In this document: piece by piece, positions 23,408 to 33,551 of the stretch
How positions within the stretch are numbered: position 1 is the first letter of the stretch
Layout: every line of letters begins with the position of its first letter
Source of the DNA: Alphaproteobacteria bacterium
GTDB taxonomy: Bacteria > Pseudomonadota > Alphaproteobacteria > UBA828
Reading direction: 5' to 3'
DNA length: 64,000 bases
Assembly (NCBI GenBank): GCA_963422645.2
Contig: CAXXVO010000007.1
Coordinates: 1 to 64,000 of the forward strand
The notes under the pieces: generated by a model
Databases searched by the model: none
The model's input: the letters and a program-made list of their open reading frames with translations, nothing else
Told to the model about the DNA's origin: nothing
Position numbers and translations under genes: made by a program

Positions 23408-24190
23408 TTAGACGCGCCAGCCCGAATGGAGCGTGGCGATGCCGGCCGAGAGCGAACGCACGCGCACACCGCCGAAGCTGGCATCGGCCATCATGGCGGC
23501 AAGCCGCTCCGGCGGGGGGAAGCGCCGGATGCTCTCCACAAGATAGGCGTAGGCGTCGTGCTGGCCCGTCACCGCCGCGCCCAGCAGCGGAATCACGGCG
23601 AAGGAATAGGCATTGTAGAGACGGTCGACGCCGGCAGGCGGGCGCGAGCTGAACTCCAGGCAAAGGAAGCGCCCGCCGGGGCGGAGCACACGCGCCGCCT
23701 CCTCCAGCGCGCGCTCGATCCGCGTCAGGTTGCGGATGCCGAAGGCGATCGTATAGGCATCCACCGAACGCGGCGGCAGCGGCAGCGCCTCGGCATCGCC
23801 CACCAGCCATTCGATGCCGCCGATGAGGCCCGCGTTCCAGGTGCGCTCGCGGCCTGCGTCCACCATCCGCTCGCTCGCGTCGCAGACGATGACGCGGCCC
23901 TCGCCCGCCATCGCCTCCCAGACCCGGCGCGAGATGTCGCCGGTACCGCCCGCCGCGTCGAGCACGGCCATGCCGGAGCGGGGCGCGAGCCAGGTTACCA
24001 TCTCGCGCTTCCAAAGGCGATGGACGCCGCCGCTCATCAGGTCGTTCATGAGGTCGTAGCGGCCGGCGACCCGGTCGAAGAGGTCGCGGACGAGCTCCGG
24101 CTTCTCGTCCTCGCCGACGCGGCGGAAGCCGAAATCGGCGCCATCCGTGGCGTCGTGCTCACCGCGCGCGGAGGCCATGGCGGCGACCAT
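23408..24190 (-). CDS. ubiE: Ubiquinone/menaquinone C-methyltransferase
   Basis: [35 protein letters not shown]; the start may be 24178. Confidence 0.95.
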   Translation of the reverse strand: MVAAMASARGEHDATDGADFGFRRVGEDEKPELVRDLFDRVAGRYDLMNDLMSGGVHRLWKREMVTWLAPRSGMAVLDAAGGTGDISRRVWEAMAGEGRVIVCDASERMVDAGRERTWNAGLIGGIEWLVGDAEALPLPPRSVDAYTIAFGIRNLTRIERALEEAARVLRPGGRFLCLEFSSRPPAGVDRLYNAYSFAVIPLLGAAVTGQHDAYAYLVESIRRFPPPERLAAMMADASFGGVRVRSLSAGIATLHSGWRV

Positions 24191-24227
24191 AGCCCAGCGG
24201 CGGAACCCGCGCTACCGTGACCGCAGG

Positions 24228-25052
24228 ATGCCGGAATTGCCCGAGGTCGAAACCGTGCGCCGCGGGCTCGCCGCGCAGCTCACCGGCCGGCGCATCAGCC
24301 ATGTCACGGTGCGGCGCGGCGATCTCCGCCGGCCGCTGCCGCCGGACATGGGGCAGGTGCTCACGGGCCGGGCGGTGCAGAGCTTCGGGCGGCGCGGCAA
24401 GTATCTTCTGGTGCACCTCGATGGCGGCCAGGTGTTGATCGTCCACCTCGGCATGTCGGGGCGCCTCTTCGTCGATGCGGCGCCGAGCGGCGCTGCGCAC
24501 GAGCACGTCGTCCTCCACTTCGACGACGGCGCGGTGCTGAGCTACGTCGACCACCGGCGCTTCGGCCTGATGGACCTGTGCGAGGCGGCGCGGCTCGACG
24601 AGCACGTGCTGCTGAGCGCCATGGGCCCCGAGCCGCTTGCGGCGGACTTCGACGGGCCGGCGCTGGCCAAACGGCTCAGCGGCAAGGACACGCCGATCAA
24701 GGCCGCGCTGCTCGACCAGCGCGTGGTCGCGGGCCTCGGCAACATCTACGTGTGCGAGGCGCTCTTCTACGCGGGCTTGAGCCCGCGGCGCCGCGCGGGC
24801 TCGGTGCAGGGCGGGCGCGCGGTCCGGCTCGCCGGCGCGATCAAGGACGTGCTCGAGGCGGCCATCGCGGCAGGCGGTTCGTCGCTGCGGGACTACGTCC
24901 AGGCAACGGGCGAGCTTGGCTACTTTCAGCACCGCTTCGCGGTCTACGACCGGGCTGGCCAGCCCTGCCCCGGCTGCGATTGCGGGGCCGCGGTGCGCCG
25001 TATCGTGCAAAGCAACCGCTCGACATTCTATTGCGCAAAGCGGCAACGGTGA
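24228..25052 (+). CDS. mutM: Formamidopyrimidine-DNA glycosylase
   Basis: [24 protein letters not shown]-terminal zinc finger. Confidence 0.97.
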   Translation: MPELPEVETVRRGLAAQLTGRRISHVTVRRGDLRRPLPPDMGQVLTGRAVQSFGRRGKYLLVHLDGGQVLIVHLGMSGRLFVDAAPSGAAHEHVVLHFDDGAVLSYVDHRRFGLMDLCEAARLDEHVLLSAMGPEPLAADFDGPALAKRLSGKDTPIKAALLDQRVVAGLGNIYVCEALFYAGLSPRRRAGSVQGGRAVRLAGAIKDVLEAAIAAGGSSLRDYVQATGELGYFQHRFAVYDRAGQPCPGCDCGAAVRRIVQSNRSTFYCAKRQR

Positions 25053-25144
25053 GTTATCAGGCGGTCCGGACGCCCCTTGCGGCGCCCTTCCGGCAGCAGC
25101 CCGCCGACCAGAATGCGGGCCCCGGCCCCTTGAGGGAGAACACG

Positions 25145-25915
25145 ATGGCCTATGAGAACATCACCGTCGACCGGCGCGGCCGGGTCGGCCTGATTACGCT
25201 GAACCGGCCCAAGGCGCTCAACGCGCTGAACGGCGCGCTGATTGGCGAGCTCAACGCCGTGCTCGACAGCTTCGAGGAGGAGGGGATCGGCGCCGTCGTC
25301 ATCACCGGCAACGAGAAAGCCTTCGCGGCCGGCGCCGACATCTCCGAGATGCGCAGGCTGAATTTCGTCGATGCCCACGGCAGCGACTTCATCGCCGCGT
25401 GGAACCGCATCACCACCTTCCGCAAGCCGGTGATCGCGGCGGTCGCGGGCTATGCTTTGGGCGGCGGCTGCGAGCTTGCGATGATGTGCGACATCGTGAT
25501 CGCCGCCGACAACGCCAGATTCGGCCAGCCGGAGATCAAGCTCGGCACCATCCCCGGCGCCGGCGGCACCCAGCGGCTCACGCGCGCCGTCGGCAAGTCG
25601 AAGGCGATGGAGATGATCCTGACCGGGCGCATGATGAATGCCGAGGAGGCCGAGCGCAGCGGGCTCGCGAGCCGGGTCGTGCCGGCCGCCGACGTGGTGG
25701 ACGAGGCGGTCGCCGTCGCCGAGCGGATCGCGCATTTCTCGGCGCCCACCGTCGCGCTCGCCAAGGCAAGCGTGAACCGCGCGTTCGAGACCACGCTCAC
25801 GGAGGGCGTGCTCTACGAGCGGGCGGTGTTCTACGCGAGCTTCGCGACCGAGGATCAGAAGGAAGGGATGGACGCCTTCATCGAGAAGCGCGAGCCCGCC
25901 TTCAACAACCGTTAG
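25145..25915 (+). CDS. Enoyl-CoA hydratase
   Basis: [37 protein letters not shown]. Confidence 0.95.
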   Translation: MAYENITVDRRGRVGLITLNRPKALNALNGALIGELNAVLDSFEEEGIGAVVITGNEKAFAAGADISEMRRLNFVDAHGSDFIAAWNRITTFRKPVIAAVAGYALGGGCELAMMCDIVIAADNARFGQPEIKLGTIPGAGGTQRLTRAVGKSKAMEMILTGRMMNAEEAERSGLASRVVPAADVVDEAVAVAERIAHFSAPTVALAKASVNRAFETTLTEGVLYERAVFYASFATEDQKEGMDAFIEKREPAFNNR

Positions 25916-25926
25916 CGCCGGCGCCG

Positions 25927-25954
25927 TTGACCCGGGCGGCCTGCGTGGTATAAC
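25927..25954 (+). promoter_or_regulatory. Sigma70 promoter of rpsT (TTGACC-N16-TATAAC, extended TG)
   Basis: Near-consensus boxes 30 nt upstream of the ATG. Confidence 0.7.
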
Positions 25955-25984
25955 GCCGCCCGACCACAGGAAAGGCCCTCAGCC

Positions 25985-26254
25985 ATGGCCCATTCGCGCC
26001 AGGCCCGCAAGCGGGTTCGGCAGAACAAGCGCCGCGTCGCGGTCAACCGCACACGGATTTCACGCCTCCGCACCTTCATCCGCCGGGTGGAGGAAGCCAT
26101 CGCGAGCGGCGACAAGCGCCAGGCGGAAGAGGCATTGCGTGCGGCCCAGCCCGAGATCATGCGGGGCGCGCAGCAAGCGGTGCTGCATCGGCGTACCGCA
26201 GCACGCCGGGTCTCGCTGCTCGCACGCCGCGTGGGTGCACTCCCCGACGGCTAA
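25985..26254 (+). CDS. rpsT: 30S ribosomal protein S20
   Basis: [13 protein letters not shown]...[11 protein letters not shown]...AARRVS; conserved position after mutM and enoyl-CoA hydratase. Confidence 0.93.
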   Translation: MAHSRQARKRVRQNKRRVAVNRTRISRLRTFIRRVEEAIASGDKRQAEEALRAAQPEIMRGAQQAVLHRRTAARRVSLLARRVGALPDG

Positions 26255-26273
26255 CCGGGATCTCTACAGCTCT

Positions 26274-27347
26274 CTATAGCCGCTGCTCGCTGGTCGGATC
26301 GAACAGGTAGACCCGGCTGGCGCTGAAACCGAGCCCGACCTGGGCACCGATTGCCGGCGCATTGTCGGGATCGCAGACGGCTGTCACGGCCATGCCGCTG
26401 ACATCGCAGTCCACATAGGTCACGGGGCCCACCGGCTCGACCAGGAACACTTCGCCCCGGAGCGAAAGCTCGCGCTCGGCCTCGACCAGGAGGTCGGTCG
26501 GCCGAACGCCCATCATCGCCTTTCGGGGAATCTCGCCGCCAACCAGATCCGCCGGCAAGACCAGAGGCTGCGCGCCCGCGCGGCATTGAATGCGCCCGTC
26601 CCCGCGGGCGACGTCCACCTCGAGGAAGTTCATCGCCGGCGAGCCGATGAAGGAGGCGACGAAGAGGTTTCTCGGGTCGCGGTAGACCTCCATCGGGGGG
26701 CCGATCTGCTGCAGTTCGCCGAGACGCATGACGGCCACGCGGTCGGAGAGCACCATTGCCTCTTCCTGGTCGTGGGTGACGAAGATGGTGGTGGCCTTGA
26801 GCTCGCGCTGCAGGCGCTTGATCTCGGTCCGGGTGTGCACCCGTAGCGCTGCGTCGAGGTTTGAGAGCGGCTCGTCCATCAACAGCACCGAGGGATTGCG
26901 CACCACGGCCCGGCCGACCGCCACACGCTGGCGCTGCCCGCCGCTCAACTCCGAGGGGCGCCGCTCGAGGAGATCGCCCAGATCGAGCATGTCGGCCGCG
27001 ACCTCGACCTGTCGCCGAATTTTCGCCGTCTCGATCTTCTGCTGCTTGAGGCCGAAGCTCATGTTCTGGCGCGCGGTCATGTGCGGGTAGAGCGCGTAGT
27101 CCTGAAACACCATGGCGACGTTGCGCTCATGCGGCTCCAGCCGGCTGACATCGGCATCGTCGAACAGGATCGTGCCGCCCGAGATCAGCTCGAGCCCGGC
27201 AATGCAGTTCAGCGCCGTGCTCTTGCCGCAGCCGGAAGGGCCGAGCAGGGTCAGGAACTCGCCGTCCTCGATCGACAGGCTGAGGCTGTCCACCGCGACC
27301 ACCTCGGCGAAGCGCTTGGTCAGGTTCTGCAAGGTGACGCTGGCCAA
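26274..27347 (-). CDS. CUT1 (MalK-like) ABC transporter ATP-binding protein
   Basis: GPSGCGKS, VFQDYALYPH, LSGGQRQR, DEPLSNLD. Confidence 0.95.
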   Translation of the reverse strand: MASVTLQNLTKRFAEVVAVDSLSLSIEDGEFLTLLGPSGCGKSTALNCIAGLELISGGTILFDDADVSRLEPHERNVAMVFQDYALYPHMTARQNMSFGLKQQKIETAKIRRQVEVAADMLDLGDLLERRPSELSGGQRQRVAVGRAVVRNPSVLLMDEPLSNLDAALRVHTRTEIKRLQRELKATTIFVTHDQEEAMVLSDRVAVMRLGELQQIGPPMEVYRDPRNLFVASFIGSPAMNFLEVDVARGDGRIQCRAGAQPLVLPADLVGGEIPRKAMMGVRPTDLLVEAERELSLRGEVFLVEPVGPVTYVDCDVSGMAVTAVCDPDNAPAIGAQVGLGFSASRVYLFDPTSEQRL

Positions 27348-27357
27348 ATCGCCCTCC

Positions 27358-29295
27358 CTATCCCTTCAACGAGCCGGTCAGCATGCCCCGCACCAGATAG
27401 CCCTGGAAGGCGAAGGCGACGAACACCGGGGGGACGACCGCGAGCACCGCGGCCGCGAACATCGGCCCGTAGTCGTAGAACCTCAGCTGGACGAGGAAAC
27501 CCGCGATGATGACCGGAATGGTCTGCGCCTTCGGGCTGCCGGTGAGGATGAGGGCGAAGATGAACTCGTTCCAGCTGACCAGGAAGCAGAAGATCCCGGT
27601 GGCGACAATACCCGGCCGCGCCACCGGCAGGATGATCTTCCAGATCGCCTTCAGCCGCGTACAGCCATCGACCAGGGCCGCGCGTTCCAGATTGGGGGGC
27701 AGCCCCTCGAAGTAGCTTTTCATCATCCAGGTCGACAGCGGGAGGATCAGGCTGCAATAGGCGATGATCAGCGCCCAGAGCGTGTCGATCAGGCCGAGTG
27801 CCCTGAAGAGGATGAAGAAGGGCAGGATGAGCGCCAGGCTCGGCGTCATCCGGGTCATCATCAGCCCCCACAGCGTGCCGCTCATGATGCGGCTCTTGCC
27901 GTGCCGGGCATAGGCGTAGCCCGCGAGCGAGCCGAGCACGAGATTGATCAGGGTAACGCCGGTGGCCACGATCAGGCTGTTGAGGATGGAAAAGGGCACA
28001 CGCGTCGCCTGGATGCTCGACTGGCCGTCTTCGATCCCGCCGGGGAAGAGCACGAAGCGGTAATTCTCTATCGTCAGCGTGTCGGGGACTATGGTCGGTG
28101 GTGTTCTCACCAGGGATGCCGATGGGGAGAGGCTCATGATCAGAAGCCAGATAAAGGGGCCGAGCGACCAGCAGAAAATCAGAATGGCCACGATCGCCAG
28201 TGCCGCCTGCGCGAGCGGGCGGCGGGCGGTCGCCGGAATCAAGCCTCGGCGCGGACGAACCGGCAGCTTCTCCAGTCGCGTCGCGATGTGGTCGCCGGCG
28301 CCTGCGACCATTTGAATCAGGGTTCGGCCGAGGCGCTCCTCCGCCGCGCCGCCGATCGCCACCTTGGCTTTGGCCTGGGGCGGGAAGAGCAGCTTCAGAT
28401 AGATCCAGGCAAGGATCAGACAGACGATCGTGAGCACGAACAGGATCGCAGCGCCCTCGCCCATCCTAAAGAAGTGATAGGCGTAGGCGTAGCCCATCCA
28501 GGCAAACACGGTGGTGGCACTGCCGGGGCCGCCGCTGGTCATGACCCAGAACAGATCGAACGCCATGATCGAATTGATCGTGGTCAGGATCATGGTGAGC
28601 AGCAACATCGGCTTGAGCCAGGGCAACGTGATCTTGAAAAAACGCTGAAGAGGACCGGCGCCGTCCATGCGTGCCGCGCGGTGCAGGTTTTCCGGTATCG
28701 ACTGGAGGCCTGCGAGAATCAGCAGAGCGGCCAGGGGCGCCTGGTTCCAAATGTGCACCAGCGCGACCAGGTTGAAGGCGACAGTGCCGTCGCCGAACCA
28801 GTGGATTGGCTTCTCGATCAGACCGAGATCGAACAGGATGGCATTGAAGGTCCCGTACTCACCGTTGAACATCCATCCCCAGAGCACGCCCACGGCGACC
28901 GGCGCCATCGCCCAGGGGACGAGCACAACACTCCTCAGGAAATTGCGTGCCGGAAAAACCATGTTGAGAATCAGCGCCATGCCCATGCCGAGCAACAGCC
29001 CGCCGGCGACCGTGACGAAGGCGAAATACGCGGTCCGCCCGAGCGCGGCGATGAACTCGGGGTCCGGCAGGATGTCGATGTAATTGTCGAGGCCGACGAA
29101 GATCCATTGCTGGGTCAGCATGTTGATGCGATGCATGCTGAGCGCCAGCGCGTAGACCAGCGGAATGCCGAAGATGACGAAGACGACGAGCAGCGTCGGC
29201 GACGTCAGCAGCAGCGGCAGCTTGATGGATGGTTGATCGGCGCGGCGCTTGAATAGCGCGAACGCGCCCGGTTCAAAGAGTCTCGATAGAGCCAT
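27358..29295 (-). CDS. Fused double ABC permease (MalF-like plus MalG-like)
   Basis: Two EAA-like loops (LHRAARMDGA, LERAALVDGC) in one 645-aa ORF. Confidence 0.9.
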   Translation of the reverse strand: MALSRLFEPGAFALFKRRADQPSIKLPLLLTSPTLLVVFVIFGIPLVYALALSMHRINMLTQQWIFVGLDNYIDILPDPEFIAALGRTAYFAFVTVAGGLLLGMGMALILNMVFPARNFLRSVVLVPWAMAPVAVGVLWGWMFNGEYGTFNAILFDLGLIEKPIHWFGDGTVAFNLVALVHIWNQAPLAALLILAGLQSIPENLHRAARMDGAGPLQRFFKITLPWLKPMLLLTMILTTINSIMAFDLFWVMTSGGPGSATTVFAWMGYAYAYHFFRMGEGAAILFVLTIVCLILAWIYLKLLFPPQAKAKVAIGGAAEERLGRTLIQMVAGAGDHIATRLEKLPVRPRRGLIPATARRPLAQAALAIVAILIFCWSLGPFIWLLIMSLSPSASLVRTPPTIVPDTLTIENYRFVLFPGGIEDGQSSIQATRVPFSILNSLIVATGVTLINLVLGSLAGYAYARHGKSRIMSGTLWGLMMTRMTPSLALILPFFILFRALGLIDTLWALIIAYCSLILPLSTWMMKSYFEGLPPNLERAALVDGCTRLKAIWKIILPVARPGIVATGIFCFLVSWNEFIFALILTGSPKAQTIPVIIAGFLVQLRFYDYGPMFAAAVLAVVPPVFVAFAFQGYLVRGMLTGSLKG

Positions 29296-29312
29296 CGATG
29301 GACTTCCGACGG

Positions 29313-29343
29313 GGCCGCCCCCGCGCTTCAGGCGGGAGCGGCC
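29313..29343 (-). other. Intergenic GC hairpin after the substrate-binding gene (mRNA-stabilising or attenuating)
   Basis: GGCCGC-c-CCCGC / GCGGG-a-GCGGCC stem. Confidence 0.5.
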
Positions 29344-29364
29344 GGAACAATTGTCGGATCAGGA

Positions 29365-30699
29365 TCAGGCCGGATAGAGCGCCTTCAGCTCAACCGCCTT
29401 GTCATGCAGCTTGTCGATGACCTCGTCCGTGGACTGCTCACCACGGATGTAGTCCTGCATTTCGCCCATCATGTACCAATCCCATTCGGGGAACCACATG
29501 GTCTTGGCGACGTCGCGCGTGGTCGCGGTCTCGAGCTGCTGGGTCGCAACGTCCAGGTCCTTCCACTGCGAGAAGGCCGCCTGTACTGCGTCGCTCTCGA
29601 TAACCTCCTTGTGCGGCGTGCCGAGGCCGAAATCGAGGGCCCAGCGGGTGGCGACATGGTAGTTGCCGTCCTTGGCCTTGCCGCCGAAGAACTGCATCAG
29701 ATCCCAGGCCCTGAGCTCGTCGACCGGATCGGCGCCCATCTGATAGACCGCGGTCCAGATGAAGGTCGACCGTGTCTTGCCGGGCATGATGGCGTTTCGA
29801 CAGGCGCCGGCGATCTGCGACATCTCGGGCGTGTTGAAAACCTTCTGGTCGTATTCGTGGACGATCATGTAGGTGTGCTGGCCGGTGGCAAAGTTGGGCA
29901 CCGCCTCGCCCTGCAGCGTCATGATGTCCGGCACCACCAGCTCTTCCTCGTAGAGCGCGCGGTGAACTTCGAGGACCTTGCGGAAGTTCTCGTCGAAGGC
30001 GGGATCGAAGTTCTCGTCGAAGACCTTTGCACCTTCGGAATACCAAGCGGCGAACAGGCTCCACGACAGCGTGGGCCATTGCCGCGTCCAGGCTGAGATG
30101 TAGGGGTAGTCGGAAATGCCGTCGGCCTTCAGCTTGCGGCACTGATCCAGCAGCTCGTCCCAGGTGGCGGGCGGCTCGATGCCACCGGCGTCCAGATGCT
30201 TCTGGTTGCACACGAACGAGTTGAAGCCGGTGTAATAGGGCAATCCGCCGAGCGAGCCGTCGGGCAGCGCCATGTTGTGCACGTTGACGTCGTACATGTT
30301 CGCCTTGATCTCATCGAGCCCCGGCAGCCCGTCGAGCGAGCGGGTCCAGCCGGCCCGGTTCCAGCGCAGGATGCGGTCCTCTTCGGAATACATCATGTCG
30401 ATGTGCTGGCCGGCGATCAGCTTGGTCTCGACGACCGCGTGATACTCGCCGGGAACCAGCTCGTAGTTCACGTTCTCGTCGTTGAGCGTTTTGAAGGTCT
30501 CGACGTTCTCGGCGACGATCTGCGGGTTGTACTGCCAGCCGACGAAATGCAGCGGGTCCTCCGGCGCTGCCAGCGCCTTGCCCGCGACGCCCGGCACGGC
30601 CAGCGCGGCGCCTGCGGCCAGACCGCCCTTGAGCACGGACCGACGATCGACCAGGTACTGCTCGAGATTACGACGTTTACGCGACCACTCGCTTGACAT
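29365..30699 (-). CDS. ABC transporter substrate-binding protein with a Tat signal
   Basis: DRRSVLKG twin-arginine motif, ALA cleavage site, PPATWDEL. Confidence 0.9.
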   Translation of the reverse strand: MSSEWSRKRRNLEQYLVDRRSVLKGGLAAGAALAVPGVAGKALAAPEDPLHFVGWQYNPQIVAENVETFKTLNDENVNYELVPGEYHAVVETKLIAGQHIDMMYSEEDRILRWNRAGWTRSLDGLPGLDEIKANMYDVNVHNMALPDGSLGGLPYYTGFNSFVCNQKHLDAGGIEPPATWDELLDQCRKLKADGISDYPYISAWTRQWPTLSWSLFAAWYSEGAKVFDENFDPAFDENFRKVLEVHRALYEEELVVPDIMTLQGEAVPNFATGQHTYMIVHEYDQKVFNTPEMSQIAGACRNAIMPGKTRSTFIWTAVYQMGADPVDELRAWDLMQFFGGKAKDGNYHVATRWALDFGLGTPHKEVIESDAVQAAFSQWKDLDVATQQLETATTRDVAKTMWFPEWDWYMMGEMQDYIRGEQSTDEVIDKLHDKAVELKALYPA

Positions 30700-30982
30700 G
30701 GCATAGTCTCCCTGTTGCCTTTGGATTCAACGTCTCGTGGTCAGCGACTTCCGAGCGGCGCGAGACAAGCAACGGTGCGCCTTACCGGGTCGTCGCCGAT
30801 CCGATATCTCCCATTTGGGGGCCGGATCCAGCGACATTATGAGCCCTTTGGAGGCACGAGAAAAGCCGGATCGGCGGCGAGGTGGGCGGGCGGTTGCGTT
30901 CCGGACGCGGTGTTGGGACCATGGCCGGCACCGGCGCCGGGTGGCGGCCGGCACTCCCCTCAGCAGGCGGTAGGGCGCCAGC

Positions 30983-31690
30983 GTGACCGACATCGCCGAG
31001 GCCTTCGCGGCGGCCTTCTCCCTCGTCTACCGGCTCGACAGCGATCTCGGCGAGATCGTGCTGCTTTCGCTCCAGGTCAGCGTGGGCGCCGTGGCGGTGG
31101 CGAGCGTCGTCGGCCTGCCCTTGGGCGCGGCGGTGGCGCTCTTCCGCTTCCCCGGCCGGGGGGCGCTCGTCGTCCTGCTCAACGCGCTCATGGGGCTGCC
31201 GCCGGTGGTGGTGGGCTTGCTGGTCTACCTCGTGCTCTCGCGCGCAGGCCCGCTCGGCGTGCTCGGCCTGCTCTTCACGCCGACCGCGATGGTCATTGCC
31301 CAGGTGCTGCTGGTGACCCCGATCATCGCCGCACTCGCCCGCCAGGTGATCGAGGACATGTGGGACGAGTACGAGGAGCAGCTGCGTTCGCTCGGGGCGA
31401 CGCCCCGCCGCGCGCTGATGGCGCTGCTCTGGGACGGGCGCGTAAGCCTGCTCACCGCCGTGCTCGCGGGCTTCGGCCGCGCCATCGCGGAGGTCGGCGC
31501 GGTGATGATCGTGGGCGGCAATATCGATCACGTGACCCGCGTCATGACCACGGCGATCGCGCTCGAGGTCTCCAAGGGCGACCTCGCCCTCGCGCTCGGC
31601 CTCGGCATCGTCCTGGTCGCGCTCTCGATCGCGGTGAGCGCCGCCGCCGCGCTCCTGCGCGGCACGCTGGCGCAGGGGCTGCCGCGATGA
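30983..31690 (+). CDS. tupB: Tungstate ABC transporter permease
   Basis: NALMGLPPVVVGL, GFGRAIAEVGAVMIVGGNI, TRVMTTAI. Confidence 0.9.
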   Translation: MTDIAEAFAAAFSLVYRLDSDLGEIVLLSLQVSVGAVAVASVVGLPLGAAVALFRFPGRGALVVLLNALMGLPPVVVGLLVYLVLSRAGPLGVLGLLFTPTAMVIAQVLLVTPIIAALARQVIEDMWDEYEEQLRSLGATPRRALMALLWDGRVSLLTAVLAGFGRAIAEVGAVMIVGGNIDHVTRVMTTAIALEVSKGDLALALGLGIVLVALSIAVSAAAALLRGTLAQGLPR

Positions 31691-32442
31691 CAGCGCCCTC
31701 CATCCTGCCCCTGGAGCTCCGCGGCGTGAGCTTCGAGCGCGACCGGCAAAGATTGCTCAAGTCGGTCTCGATGCGCGTCGCCGAGGGGCCGAAGACGATC
31801 ATCATGGGGCCCAACGGTGCCGGGAAGAGCCTCCTGCTCCGGCTCTGCCACGGGCTGCTCGCGCCGAGCGAGGGCGAGGTGCTGTGGCATGGCGCCGCCG
31901 GGCGCGACCCGCTGCGCTTCCAGGCGATGGTGATGCAGCGGCCGGTGATGCTGCGCCGCTCGGTCGCCGCCAACATCGACTTCGCGCTCGGCCTGCGCCG
32001 CATCCCCCGGCCCGAGCGCCGGCGGCTCATTGACGACGCGCTGGAGCGCACCGGGCTCGGCGCCTTCGCGCGCATTCCGGCGCGCGTGCTCTCCTTCGGC
32101 GAGCAGCAGCGGCTGGCGCTCGCGCGCTCCTGGGCGCTGCACCCGCAGGTGCTCTTCCTCGACGAGCCGACCGCCAATCTCGACCCGGCGGCGACCCACG
32201 TGATAGAGGGCGCGATCGAGGCGATGGCCCGGGAGGGCACCAAGATCATCATGACCACCCACGATCTCGGCCAGGCGCGGCGGCTCGCCGACGAGGTGAT
32301 GTTCCTGCACCGCGGCCGCGTGCTGGAGCACGCAGTAGCCGAGACCTTCTTTGCGGGGCCTGAGAACGAGCTCGCCAGCGCCTTCCTACGCGGGGAGCTC
32401 TTGTGGTGGGAGCGCCGCGAGCTCACCCCGCCCGGGGCCTGA
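31687..32442 (+). CDS. tupC: Tungstate ABC transporter ATP-binding protein
   Basis: GPNGAGKS, LSFGEQQR, DEPTANLD; lies between tupB and tupA. Confidence 0.85.
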   Translation: MTAPSILPLELRGVSFERDRQRLLKSVSMRVAEGPKTIIMGPNGAGKSLLLRLCHGLLAPSEGEVLWHGAAGRDPLRFQAMVMQRPVMLRRSVAANIDFALGLRRIPRPERRRLIDDALERTGLGAFARIPARVLSFGEQQRLALARSWALHPQVLFLDEPTANLDPAATHVIEGAIEAMAREGTKIIMTTHDLGQARRLADEVMFLHRGRVLEHAVAETFFAGPENELASAFLRGELLWWERRELTPPGA

Positions 32443-32459
32443 AGCAGAGACCGCTGCCC

Positions 32460-33299
32460 ATGCGACTCTACGGCCGCTCCCGAGGCCGCGTCCTCCGCCT
32501 CTTCGCGGCGTTGGCCCTCGCGCTCCTGCTGGCAGCGCCGGGCGCGCGGGCCGGGGACTTCATCACCGTCGCCTCGACCACGTCGACCCAGAACGCCGGG
32601 CTCTTCGATCATCTGCTGCCGCTCTTCGAGGCCGAGACCGGGATCGAGGTGCGCGTCGTCGCGGTCGGCACCGGCCAAGCGCTGCGGCTCGCGCGGAACG
32701 GCGATGCGGACTTGCTGCTGGTGCACGACAAGCCGTCCGAGAAAGCGTTCGTTGCCGAAGGCTACGGCAGCGCGCGCTTCGACCTGATGTACAACGACTT
32801 CGTGGTGGTCGGGCCGGCGAGCGATCCGGCTGGAATCGCCGGCACGGACGACGCAGCCGCGGCGCTTGCCAGCATCGCGGCGGCGAAAGCGCCCTTCGTC
32901 AGCCGAGGCGACGACAGCGGCACCCACCGGCGCGAGCAGGCACTCTGGGCGGCTGCTGGGGTGGACCCCACCGGTGCGTCCGGCACCTGGTACCGCGAAG
33001 CAGGCCAAGGCATGGGGGCGACGCTCAACACCGCGACGATGATGGAGGCTTACACGCTCGCCGACCGCGGCACGTGGCTCGCCATGCGGGGCAGGCTCGA
33101 CCTCCGGGTCGTGGTGGAGGGCGATGCGCGGCTCCGCAACCAGTACGGCATCACCCTGGTAAGCCCGGAGCGGCACCCGCACGTCAAGGCGGCGCTTGCC
33201 CGGCGCTTCGCCGATTGGCTGCTCTCGCCCGCGGGCCAGGCGGCGATCGACGGCTTCGCCATCGACGGCGAGCGCCTCTTCATCCCCAACGCGCGCTAA
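32460..33299 (+). CDS. tupA: Tungstate ABC transporter substrate-binding protein
   Basis: ASTTSTQNAGL, AVGTGQAL, MYNDF, SRGDDSGTH. Confidence 0.9.
   Translation: MRLYGRSRGRVLRLFAALALALLLAAPGARAGDFITVASTTSTQNAGLFDHLLPLFEAETGIEVRVVAVGTGQALRLARNGDADLLLVHDKPSEKAFVAEGYGSARFDLMYNDFVVVGPASDPAGIAGTDDAAAALASIAAAKAPFVSRGDDSGTHRREQALWAAAGVDPTGASGTWYREAGQGMGATLNTATMMEAYTLADRGTWLAMRGRLDLRVVVEGDARLRNQYGITLVSPERHPHVKAALARRFADWLLSPAGQAAIDGFAIDGERLFIPNAR
33200..33292 (+). repeat. 93-bp direct repeat, left copy (tupA 3' end; attL-like)
   Basis: 89/93 identical to 35797-35889 by manual alignment. Confidence 0.9.
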
Positions 33300-33415
33300 C
33301 CCGTATTTCTGTCGGGATCACGGCTTGCGTCGGGCGGGACGCGGGCGACGACGCCCCTCGCCCTAGACACGCATCAAGATATTGTGGATTGCGGGGAAAG
33401 CCATACAGAATCTGG

Positions 33416-33444
33416 TTGACAGCACCGGCCGAATTCTCCAGAAC
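33416..33444 (+). promoter_or_regulatory. Putative promoter of the tRNA (TTGACA-N17-CAGAAC)
   Basis: Perfect -35 and weak -10, 21 nt upstream of the tRNA. Confidence 0.55.
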
Positions 33445-33465
33445 TCGACCAGTGCTGCACATTGC

Positions 33466-33551
33466 GGGCGCGTGGCGGAATTGGTAGACGCAGCGGTCTA
33501 GAAAACCGTGGCCTGAGGAGCATGTGGGTTCGAGTCCCACCGCGCCCACCA
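33466..33551 (+). tRNA. Class II tRNA with anticodon AGA (Ser by anticodon) on a tRNA-Leu-type body; CCA encoded
   Basis: Acceptor GGGCGCG/CGCGCCC + A73 + CCA; D arm GCGGAATTGGTAGACGC; anticodon stem GCGGT/ACCGT with loop CT-AGA-AA (anticodon 33500-33502); 14-nt variable region; T arm GTGGG-TTCGAGT-CCCAC. Confidence 0.93.

Noticed and set aside
33497-33503. Reading the tRNA as ordinary Leu(TAG) or as an amber suppressor (CTA)
   Set aside because: Both registers break the GCGGT/ACCGT stem, and TAG would put C at position 33. Only AGA gives a canonical 7-nt loop with U33 and purine 37.
33466-33551. allo-tRNA or selenocysteine-type tRNA (8/4, 9/3 or 8/5 fold)
   Set aside because: The acceptor and T stems are the standard 7 and 5 bp.
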